This document shows, piece by piece, positions 1-11,743 of a stretch of 64,000 bases of DNA. Within the stretch, counting starts at the first letter, position 1; each line of letters starts with the position of its first letter. The notes beneath the pieces are model-generated. The model did not search any database. It worked only from the letters and a program-made list of their open reading frames with translations, and was not told the origin of the DNA. The position numbers were made by a program, and so were the translations under genes. This DNA comes from Phoronis australis. Its lineage: Eukaryota; Animalia; Phoronida. The DNA lies in NCBI GenBank assembly GCA_002633005.1, contig NMRA01000006.1, forward strand, positions 1,071,021-1,135,020. The letters are read 5' to 3'.

Positions 1-2163
1 ACAACAGTTTGGAAGTGTTCAGAGCTCACTGGAAAATGAGATAACCCCTTCCGAGGAGTACTAGAATGACCAAATGAAAATTTCTCTGAGTGGGACGGCC
101 TGCTGTGTTAGATTGCAGCCATTTCCGTGAGGGGGCGCATTATGAGATGGTGTCTTATCTAATACACGTAGGACGATACAGGTGTGTAACTTAGTCCCTC
201 CGGCCACTGCCGCTCCAAAACTGTAGGGCTTCCACAGTTTGACTGGTGTTCTTAGTTCTCGTCGGCATATTGCCGACATCTTGAATCAGTCGACCTTTCC
301 AAAAAAGTCTAAGACAATATTTTTTATCAATAATCAGATGCAACACGGCACGAACTCCAAATTTCAATATTTTCTCATTTTTCACCAAATTCATTTGCAA
401 ATTATATGAAAATGCGAACCTTTAAACGAGGAAACTTTCAAGTTTACATTTGACATGTATTTGAATGAGGTGGAAAACGTCAACATAGAATTGCCAAATG
501 AAAGTACTCTAGAAACCTTGCTTCTACAACTCAGAATCTATTGACTGACTTTTGAAGACAAAGCAATTCGTACATACATATTATCTTAATTAATCTCACG
601 TCAGACAATCTCACTTACAGCGGTTCGCGTATTTTATGAGCCAATATCCTCCACTGAATAAAGGGCTTCAAACTGTATTCTCAAAATGCGGTACTCTGAC
701 CTGCAAGTGTATGCCCTTCTTAACTACTCTTGACATTCTTCAGGTGAAAATATCGATAACTTTGCCATTATGACGCTACGAGGTGTGCTTCACAAAAAGT
801 AGTCTTCAATTGCATCCTTCCGTGGATTCAGGTCAATGAGCGCTGAATTGTTCGCGATCTTGGTAGGCCTTTGAAAACACGCGAGTTTTCTAAAGGGTCA
901 AAAACAACATGAAACGACAATGGGAGATAACCCTGATCCGACCGCTAACAATGGCTCCCACGTTAAAAGTATTTGTGGGATTTTGACCTATGACCATGCA
1001 TTTATTTCATTCGTGACCCGCCATCTAGTCTACCTGAAAAGTGAAAATACTCGTTCAAAACAAGTTGCTCACCGCTCATCGTGCACGCCTGAGCGCTCCT
1101 TTGTAAGGCGGGGTCATTAGGAGACGGACGTGTCGTCGAGAGAAAAGACTGTTGGTGTGATATTTATATCAGCTCGAAAAGGTTAGTTCATTTGCTACAA
1201 TTTCAGAGAGGCTAAGCATTATTTCCAAATATATCAAACTCCAGTTAACGCAGCAGCTACACTGGTAGGTATTGGGCTGCATTTTTGATCCGTGACGATT
1301 ACGTCGAAATTAAAATGGCAGTAAGTAAACCACACCAAAAACATAACTATAAATAAATGTACATGGGGTGAGCAAACTCTTTCCATGGACACTATGACAG
1401 TAATGATGAACAAGCGGTAGTCAATTATTCTTAATAAGTTCAAATATATATCATATAGTATCATTTATCTTCAGTATGCGGATCAAGGTTATATTTGGAG
1501 TAGAATAGTTAATTTTACCCGCTGTCTCAGGGCCAGAGAGCCGAATGCTCAACGCAGCATCATGCAGTATGCATGAGTTTGTATGCTTAACCACTCGCGG
1601 TATTCGGACCGATTCCGTTGAAGTTACAATAAATTATCGAGTAATTGAATATTCGTTCAATTTGTTGGTCTGGTCTACTCTACAAATTTTTGTCTCCTTG
1701 TGGTAAAGATATGACAGAGCTCTGGGTAGAGCTTAGTGGAAATGAATGCTGCAGTATTTTGTGCGAGACGAAACGGAAGTGGACGTAAACTTAGTCAGTT
1801 GTTTGTGTCGTGATTCTCCTCCGAGCGTTGCTGCATTATACACTTGTTTAATTGCATGGCCCAGATTCTGTGTGTTGTTTTTTCGTCACTTTTACTAAAA
1901 ATAGTTTGTGGTAAGCGTGCCTTAGTCTGTTTGACGGAGTTCAGTTTACGTGGTACGTGATTTTGTTATGTGCGGTAAAGGAACACGCCCACGCCAAAAG
2001 TTGCTTTCCACCCCTTGTACGTCAGGAAGGTAAAAATGAATTTTGTTTAATATTTAACCGGCTTATTTCCGTCTCTTTTAAGCTCGCACTTGGCCAAAAT
2101 GTAAAACCATGCCTAGCAAATTATAGGTAGAAATTTCGATAAACAATTTCTCTGTCAACAGGA

Positions 2164-2428
2164 CATGCGCGCACCCAGGGAGGAAAGCCTATGGGGGCTC
2201 GAACGAGCCTCCTCATTTGGTGAAGTGGGCAAAAAGGTCCGCCTCAGAGAAACAAAAAGTCTGAGGAAACGAGACAAAAGTCCATTAAAAAGGCCAGTAA
2301 TGATAAAAAACTCGGCGAATGCACAATTCACAGCTCTGAACATAACATTTTTTCTTTATTTTTTAGTAAAAGGTCCACATTCCCAAGAATTCGAGCCTCC
2401 CCCCATTGTTAGTCTGTGTGAGCGCATG
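2164..2428. mobile_element. MITE with CATGCGCGCACCCAG-type TIRs and 5-bp TSD
   Basis: Ends catgcgcgcacccag...ctgtgtgagcgcatg, flanked by CAGGA at 2159-2163 and 2429-2433. Homologous copies at 30800-31045 and about 56400-56630, and a short derivative at 7811-7932. Confidence 0.75.
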
Positions 2429-2718
2429 CAGGAACGTCTATGACTTTATTTGAGTGAGCATATTTCGGTCACGACATCCGCGCCATTACTAGTCATGTAT
2501 GGCTAGAGGTCATAGCACAAAGGGAGTCGTCGAATGCATTTACTAAGTGAGACAACACTGGAGCTGTCTCGTGGTCATGAGCGCAGAATTGCGACTCTTC
2601 AGGATTTCCAAATCCCGGTTTTAGCATATGTCACGGACTTTGCTGTTTACCACTGTGCATCACATGCACTTTGCCTTTTCATCTTTCATTCATTGGCCTC
2701 TATATTGTAGGTATCAAA

Positions 2719-5691
2719 ATGTCAGACACTGACACGAGCGGACGAAAGACGAACAAGACTATTGAGAACATTTACGTGCCGATATGCGTGTTCCTCGCCG
2801 TAGCAGCCATTGCTCTGGCCATAACTGTGGGTGTTCTTTATAATGAGGGACAATTTTACAAAAAGAAGGCGTCTACTAATCAAGAGAAGGCAGAAGATAA
2901 CCTTCAGCTTGCCATGGTTTACAAGCAACAGGTAGACGACATGAAAAAAACAAACAAACCGTGCAAAACGCAGTCGGTCACTACAACTCAAAACATGTCC
3001 AGTCTGTCCCCATTTGACGATCTGACTCCACATGAGTACAAAGCAGTAGCCAAGTACCTTACGACAAGCCTCGGTCTTACGAAGACGAAGAGAGCTATAA
3101 ATTCAAGTTACATTTTGTTAATGGACCTCGAGTTGCCTAAGAAAAGCGTCGCCTTGAACTTTCTTGACGACGGAGGCGGCAAGCCAGAGCGGCAAGCCCG
3201 CGCAGTTGTTTACCACGGCGACCGTGAACCTCCAGTGGTGGTGGAGTATGTTGTCAATACCAACGGTAATGCACTGAAGGCAATGGCATCAATCCCATGG
3301 AACAAGCGTCCCATGGATGACGTGGAGACGGAAACCATTGATAAACTCTTTCTTATGAAAATAGCAGAAGAACTATACCCTTTGCTCATAGAGTCGTACA
3401 AGGCTTCCTACCACAACTGCTCTGATCGCTGTCTGACGTGGTCCTGGATAAATCCTGCACACCACGAACGACAAATATGGTTTTACTTCACGCGCGCCGT
3501 GAATAATGAAAATAGCCATCCACTGGGATTTCAAATCCTCTTTAATGTCTCGAGTGTAAATGTCCAGGATTGGCGAGTTGTCAAGCTGGTATATAACTTT
3601 CAATCTTTCGACAGCGTTCATGATCTTTTGACTGCATATAAAAGTGGCAATCTTGCGATGCTCGACCTGCCTTGGCCTAGTGAATATTCAACGCAAAAGA
3701 AACGTCCGGCGACATCGTCTAGGCCCGCTAAAATGGCACCTGAAATGTTTGAACCCGACGGCAAACGATACACAGTCAATGGACGTCACATTGAGTACAT
3801 GGGCTGGAGTTTTGATTTCCGACTTTCCACAACCAGGGGCCTTCAGCTATATGACATCCGATTCAATGATGAGAGAATAGTGTATGAATTGGGCGCTCAA
3901 GAAACCGTCACACTGAACAGTGGAAAAGCTGCCAATGCTATGCATTACAGATACATTGAATCCGTGGACATTCTTGGTTGGAATACCTTCGAACTTTTTC
4001 GCGGTGTCGACTGCCCTCGCACAGCTGTCTTTTTTGATGTCCATCAGTATAGGGACGGCGACGTAAAACTCATCAAAAACGCCATTTGTGTGTTTGAACT
4101 GGATGCTGGCATTCCGCTAAGACGTCATTACAGTCAGAATTTTGACGAGCTAGGGAATTTTATTGATTATGGCGGCCTAGCAGACCACGTACTCGTCCTT
4201 AGAACCATCGCGTCCTTAACAAATTACGATCAAATCTACGATTACATATTCCATCAGAACGGAGCCATAGAGGTTAAATCGACGAACATTGGATATGCGT
4301 ACACAACGTTTTTTGGCCTGCAGGAACAAGAGAAGCGCTATGCTTTCCAGGTGTACCCAAACGTTTCTGCCCCGGTCAATCAGGTTTTAATAAATTACAA
4401 AATTGATCTGGATATACAAGGTACAAGTAACAGGTTTGGTAGAATTAATATCAGGGAAGAAAGTGCGAGTGATCCTTGGATGGGAGGATCAACGGAAGTC
4501 TACCACGTGGGAAACCGCTACTATGCTAAGAACGAAAGCGACTTTCCGTTGAAAATGAAAACCGATGAAGGCATACCAGCGTATTACCTTACGTTCAACG
4601 ATGTTAAAAAAAACAAATATGATCATCACAGAGCCTACCGTCTGAAAAACGAAAATCCCACAGAGGTTTTCCTCACCCCAGGGAAGGGAGTGGAGCCCGG
4701 AATATCATGGAGTAGGTATCCAGTTGCTATAACAGCTCAAAAGGACGACGAAGTCAGTAGTTCTTCCATTTACAACGGCATCACTCCGACGCACCCTGTT
4801 GTCGATTTCCAGAGCTTCATAGACGGGGATAACCTTAAAGATCAGGTTTGTAGCTTGCCCGGCAATCTCATGAAATCTTGAAATATGAAAGATAGATCTT
4901 AGTTTAATCCTTGCAAATATATTCAATGACATACATGTCAGGTTTGGCGTAATGCCTGCATGATCGAGTTGTACTTTTGTGGAGGATATTTCAATTTCGT
5001 TTGTAATATCAACGAACTTGATGACAAATGAAAGAGAAGAGTTTTATTAGGGATATTTTTAGTATTACGGCCGCAAATCGCATTTTGGATTATTGTTGGA
5101 TAGGGTGGACTTCATGAACTTACTAGTTTTGGTCTAGATCTATAAACAACAAAATCGTTGCATTTTTGTGATTTCACCATTTCTCGCCGTGGTCTGCCAG
5201 AATTTCGCTGCAAGTCAAGACCATTGTCTTTGATCATTACACTTGAAATACTGGAGTTTTACTTTGAGACAGAACTCGGCGAAACTTTTGGGTTCGATTC
5301 CGTGGTACTTTTCTCGACGTGAATGTCTGTTTAATTAGATGCCGTTTGAGGCTTCGTAATTACGACATGGATAGTGACATGTATTACTATTTCATAATGC
5401 TACTTTGTCTATTCCTAATCACAGGACATTGTTGCTTGGGTGACGATTGGCGGATTCCGCTTGCCAAGTAGCAACGAGATGCCGACGGAGACGTCTACAA
5501 GTCTTCAGATGAAATTTCTGCTTTTGCCGTTCAACTACCACGATGAAGATCCGTCTATGACGTCACCAAACTCTGTATACGTGGACTCCGATGGCAAAGT
5601 GGAGCGATATGGCACGCCGTCGTCGAAGACGTGCTTACCTCCTATGGAGTCAAATTATAAATACAATGGAAAAGTCGTGAAAGTTCCATAA
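2719..5691 (+). CDS. Copper amine oxidase family (AOC1/AOC3-like) type II membrane protein, about 797 aa, probably catalytically inactive. Coding exons 2719-4845 and 5425-5691
   Basis: Acceptor tgtag ends at 2710 and ATG is at 2719. N-terminal TM anchor IYVPICVFLAVAAIALAITVGVLY. Family motifs: PFDDLTPHE, P.G.RYTVNGRHIEYMGWSFDFRL..TRGLQLYDIRFNDERIVYELG, GVDCP, NYD, YKIDLDI.G..N. A GT-AG phase-0 intron (4846-5424) joins DQ|DIVAWVT, followed by FLLLPFNYHDEDPS. Confidence 0.93.
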
Positions 5692-6366
5692 ACAACAACG
5701 ACGTTAACTTTTGAATGGACCTTTGACTTACGTACAGTACGTCCTAACCGTAGTGCTCCGGCTTATGGAAGCAGTTCTCAATACGTTAACAGAACTGGGG
5801 TGACTTTAGATCAGTTAGGATTACTAATTTTTTTTTTTTTAAATATCAGCATAGTCCCAGAAATCGCTTTCGCATTACATCCAGGTTATAATTCATTGCC
5901 TTACATACATTCACTAGTAAAATAGAGTTTAGATGAGTAGGAGACACTAAAAACTATGAAAACATATTTTTGGTGTAACTGAATAATTAAAACGTTTTGT
6001 TTCGTTTTGTTATTTGTTGAAAAATTAATACATCGTGTTATACACTGAGATTTAGCCACTCGTTGTAAATGTTTTACACTTTTTTGCGATGAAAACATGA
6101 ATGTTATGTTATTTTCTTCGACAATATGGTGACACTCGCCGAAGTTATGGTTATACATTATGTTAAAATCACTTATTTTTGTAACTGCCACTTTAATACC
6201 AAAGTGATCAAATTTCAACAAAGATAAGTAAATCATAACAATGTTTGATCATGCTTTTCGCTCCAATCCCAAAATCGTTTCTGAAGTGAGCATAAAAGAT
6301 TTTAGTGAAATTGTCTGAATCTATGTGATTCATCTTCCAAATATTGTCACCAGGTCGCTTGGTCCT

Positions 6367-6905
6367 TTATTATGCACCTATATGCGGGTGCATATTGTCG
6401 TCATGTCTGTCGATCTGGACGTCCGTGCATCAGTCGACCGATGCTGTATGCAGGGACGAATTGAAATTTTGCGGATTCGTTGATAAGTAACTGACGACAG
6501 ATAACATGATTTTCGTACCGATCCTACTACCGCTGTGGCATTTTTGCGTCCATGGCTGTATCTCCTAAACTCGGTGAAAGGATCATACGAAATTTGGCGG
6601 ATGTGCTCCTATGGAAATGGCAACAGACGGCAATGAGTTTCAGATCAATCGGACTACAACTGGGCCCCCTAGTATCAAATTTATTTTTTACGTTTGTCTC
6701 TTTTTCTTTGGAGTTCAGTGAATCGTTTTTCATGAAGTTTGGCAAATAGGTTTGTATTTATAGGAGACAACAATGCTTTTCCGTTTTAGGACGGATTCGT
6801 CTAATCTGCGCCATCTAGTGGCCATTCATATTATTTCGAGTCCGTTTTTGGCGTTCGCCTCCTTTTCCGCTTAACTGCTCAAAGGATTAAATTTACGAAA
6901 CTTAG
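6367..6905. mobile_element. Helentron/DINE-1-like (HINE-type) interspersed repeat
   Basis: Begins tttattatgcacc...gtctgtc/gtccgt and has recurring (c)atgaaatttgg and gcgccatctagtggcc motifs. Homologous to 7075-7395, 8010-8150 and 28673-29290. The family assignment rests on motif resemblance only. Confidence 0.55.
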
Positions 6906-6912
6906 CAGTTGT

Positions 6913-7537
6913 CATGGGCGGCGCACAATAGGGGCTGGGGAGGGGCTATAGTCCCCCACTCCTACCTATTTCAGTGCTGTGTCACCCATGGACCATTAGC
7001 GGCGCACCATGGGCGGCTGGGAAGGCTATAGGCCTCCACTTATTTCAGTGCTGCGTTGCTCATGGTTGTGTTCCTGATGAGAGGACCATGGCTGATGTTG
7101 ATTTTTTTGATGGTTTTGACAACTGTGGCGTCCTCTAGCGCTGATTTTGTATTTTTTCGACCATGACTGTAGCTCGTTATTTCGTTGCTAGAACTTTGTG
7201 AACTTTTGCAGGTGTTTTTCGATAAATGAGACAACTTTTTGGACGGTTTTGACTGCTACTGTGCGTCCTACTGGTATTTTTAGATTTACGTATGATTTCG
7301 AGTTCCATGATGCTTTTTCATAAAATTTGGCAAACAGGTTTCTATAATGAAGACGACAGCACACTTTCATTTTCAGATGGATTCGACTTATTCTGTGCCG
7401 GGCGGCGCAACACTGAAAAAAGTGGGGGCTAAAGCCCCCAGCCCCCCTGTGGTGCGCCGCCTATAGACCATGGGCAGCACAGCACTGAAAAAAGTGGGGG
7501 GTTATAGCCCCCCAGCCCCCTATGATGCGCCGCTCAT
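6913..7537. mobile_element. Foldback/MITE with bipartite GC-rich inverted arms
   Basis: Left arm 6913-7065 has two subunits (catgggcggcgcac...ggggctatag.cccccac...tttcagtgctg). It is the reverse complement of 7398-7537 (cactgaaaaaagtgggggct...gtgcgccgc x2). No clear TSD. Confidence 0.7.
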
Positions 7538-10500
7538 GTTTGTGATAGTCCGGCTATTTTTGTTGTCAGTGCTTCGTGTGCAAAACCTCTCAGAGCATTG
7601 TCATTAATACTGGAAGATGTAATCCCACTGACAAGAGCACATCTGATGTAGATTTTCAGACAGGTCCAACTACTATGACATAATTTGAAGCCGCGGCTGT
7701 ATCTAGTAAATCCATTGCACGATCATGATTTGGCATAGATCTGTATACCTATTAACATATGGACCCCCCTAAAATTCTCCCAGATACCATTTGGCAGTTT
7801 GCTGACTAGCATATGCGCGCATCCAGGAGCGAATGCACAATGCCTTGAACCGTTTTTTTTTAGTAATAAGGTTCACAAACCTAAAATTTGGAGACGCCTG
7901 CATCCCTACATTTTAGGCTGGGCGCGCGCATGTGCTGAAATTCAGGTTTTTCCTGTGCTCTTCCCCCCTAACTCAAAATCCTGGATCCGCCCCTGGGATT
8001 CAACTTCCGCTGTGTCTCCTAATGACAAATTTTCATATCTGCCTCTTTATCTTTGGAATTCCTTGGCGTATTTTCAAGAAACTTGGTAAATTTTGTATTA
8101 GCGACACCATCCCAATTTTGGACGTATTCTGCGCCATCTGATGGCCATTTTTATGATACTAAGTAACACCCCAAGAAGCACACAGTTTGCGGTGCAGTCG
8201 TGTGCGCATTTCAACGCTCTGCATGGCTCTTGTATAATTTCTTTTTCCATTTTCAACCTCTGCTTTACTTTCGGAAATGTCCAAAAGAGAACTTCAAATG
8301 ATTATTTTCTGAAAAAAACTCTTATGGAAATGAGGACGCTCTTGTGGAAAGAAGTTACTTTTTGGATAATAAAATGATTTCATCGGCTGCCAAAGCATGT
8401 TTCGTCACTCCATCAACACAAAAAGAACAGCAATTACCATTAGCAATGGCATATTTGAAACAACATAGCACCTTCCAGTTCATCGTTGCAAACGAAATGG
8501 CTGCAATTCATTCTAAACGCACAAATTATCAGACAAAAATTCGCGATTAAGTAAAAAGCCTGATTTCTTGAGCAGATTTTTCTTAATAGTCACTAAGAGC
8601 TGTCTAAAATCCGTTTGTGGACATTTCTGCTTGAATGGGCGCTCTTCCGGAACCAATTTTAAATTTGAAAAAATATAATTTCTCTTGAAATGAGCGATGT
8701 TTTAGGACATTTTTCAGGTCGGTCTTTAAGGGTTGATTTTTGGAAGTTCCCAATAGACTTTTTCACCTGGCCAAAAGCGGCCATGTCCGGATATCTTGAA
8801 GCCTATCTCAGCACAGATGTACTGGTAAACAAACTCATTCTCATCTACTGTTTGTTTACATTACATCTGCATTTGAGATAACAGACAAAATCGCAATCGA
8901 CAAGAATAATGATGCATGACGAAGACAAAAACAGTATAAATAATCAGACACTCGTTACAAGTCGCCAAAAATGTCAACCATGAGATATCACGAAACATAG
9001 CTTATAATTAGTCTATACATGTATTTGGAATCGGTTAAATGAATCTATGATCTGCATTTTCTCAAAAATATGGAATTGAGCAACCCTGTCGGCCGGTCGT
9101 GCAACTCTGTCGGCCGGGCTGTGCAACCCAGATTAAGAGGGGGAAAACTGGAATGGGAAATCATAATTTTGCTTGGTGTAAAATTCGGCAATAGCTACTT
9201 ACAGGGGTCCTGCATTTTGAGAACAAGCTTGATATCTCTTATGTAGTAGAGAAAACTGGTTCTTAAAACATAGGACCCCTGTAAGTGTCTTTTATCGAAA
9301 CAAACAACAAACAATCTTTTGTCGAGAATCCGAGCAACGATCTCACAAACAGCTTGAATCTAGGCTTTCTATACACGCACAGGGGATTACAAAACTGAAA
9401 TCCCTGGACTCCAGGAAGGAGTACAAGGTACATGCATGATTCGAGCAGACTTTTTCTAGATGAGGTCATGTTTTAAATGTAGACACACGGATATTTCCGT
9501 GCTTCATAAATTTATAAGTTCATAAAACTTGCAGTAGGGTCAGAAGCAGTTTCGCGTCGAGATCAGCGTTGATGCAGAGAACATAAATGAGATGGGTGTC
9601 CATCTTCGTCCTGAGGAGGTTTGCCTATCATATGTGTGACTTCTCATATCATAATGCCAAGGACATATCACATCATTCTGTTTAGTTGTCAACATTGAAT
9701 TCTAAACCAAAGATGTTTGGGGTTTAAAAACACACACGCTCAGCAGTGGCCGAATGATGCGCAAACTACTCAAGTCTCTGCCACTCCTTGATGCGACTAA
9801 AGAAGACATAGTACGAAATCCAGTAGATGTTGGACACCCTTGACAAAGAGCGCATCGCTCGTTACGTGGGCATATTTTAATATATTTTAGTACCGACGCT
9901 CGTCGTTTTAGTTTTACTAGTTTTACTATTGAAAAGTGCGAACAGCGTTTTGACATTAATTGTTCAAAAATACTTATTATTAGAATCTGATTAAAAATAA
10001 GGCACAGCGTTCATGGCGGTACAGGCTACGAACACAATTTTTGTTAATGTCTCTTCAAATTTTACGTTGAAGTGTTCGTTTTACTGTTGATTCTGGCTGG
10101 AAAACACGCAAAATATATTATACGTCGAATAACTCGAGTCTTTTACGCAACTCCGTATACAAATATCGTGACTACGCCCTTCGATAATCAAGAGAAATAA
10201 AAAAACCCACTCTACCGGTAATACTTCAGTTCCACTTTAAACTTAGTGTATACGACAGTGACGTTGCTAGGATACAAAAATCACAAATTTTGCCCGTTTT
10301 GACCCTTTAGTCTTAAAAGCATTTTTACGTATGAAATTGAAAAACAACATTTTTGAAGTATCAAAAACAGATGCATTGCGTACAATGTCGGGGAGAAAAG
10401 GTGTACATAGGTATTTAAAAGTTGGTGGCATTTGAGTCGAAGCTCAAAACAATAAACACACGCCCAACTAATGACACACTTTTCTGAACACCAACGTCCA

Positions 10501-11743
10501 ACGCGCATAGAAAATGTTTGTGTAATATTTGATTTTAATGAAAAACTTTTTGATTTGTGCATTTTTAGCATTTGATTTAGCCATGATTCGTTTCAAACTC
10601 CTGGACTGAGAGTTTGAGGCTGTGGCAACTGCTCACTGCTTTATCGCACGACAATGGCAGCGTAGACAACGACCCTTTCTCACGTTCCACGTGAGCAATT
10701 CTCATTAATGCCTTATTCCTTTTCTCATGAATTCAATTCTTTTGTTGTGAACTGCTGTTGTTTTCTCATAAAATGCCACTCATTTCTCTAGAATTCAGTT
10801 CTTTTCTCATTAATCGTCTCGTTTAACAAAATGTATGAGATACATATAGGACGTATTTACCTGTATCTAATTTGTCTATAAACTACATCTGGGGACTTAT
10901 CCCGTTCATGAGAACTATATTCGCGCGAACAGAGTTATACGCATAGGAGAAAAGAAACTGAAATGGGTTGGTATCCGAAGCAGGAGAAAAAAATGAGCAC
11001 GTTTTTTTGAGTTCAAGTTAAAGTCATTAACCTTTGAAATGAAACAGACCACATATTAACACGAATAAATTTGGAAAACTAATTTGGTCCTTAACGCGTT
11101 TCACCTGAGACCAGCAGATGCCAAAAACGGTGACCAAAATGCTAAAATTGCCACTGAATGCGATGGTGGACACCTAGAAAATACACAGGTGGTAGAAGTG
11201 TGTGCGACAAATTTCATAACTTCTTAAGAACTTTTTGAATGGGATTCCAAAACCTAAAACTCATCTATAGGGAGTCAGTTGCAAAATTTTCTTGGAAATC
11301 AACGTCGACCGTTTTCGTCATGATAGAAACGTATTTGTTATGTTTCATGGCCTCTAAAGAACGTCAAAGTTGGTTAAACACAAATGGGGCAAAATTTACC
11401 GAAATTTGGCGCTCTACCAAAAGTTAACCGTGGCCTCTTTGAAAATGTGAAATCCTTATTTTTTTCGATAGAGAAGTTCAATGTCTACTTATGCATCCTG
11501 ATTTTTTATTCTCTATTGTGCGATACCGTTTACAATCTATTTAGATACTGAATCTAACCCAGGCGAATATCACTAACAGTCTGGGGAGCCATAATATTTG
11601 CTCCAAAAACCTGAAATAAATGTTGAACACGTCTCGCCAAATATATCAATGGTCAGTAGATTTTTTTTTTGAAGATACGAGTCGCAGTGACCCTAGGGTC
11701 AACCTTTTGATGTTCTCGTGGACTGACACTTAGGGATATGTAC

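Noticed and set aside
2671-2718. ORF-track N-terminal extension (TTG start) and C-terminal VCSLPGNLMKS of the AOC ORF
   Set aside because: Both are intronic read-through. There is an acceptor at 2710, ATG at 2719 and a donor at 4846.
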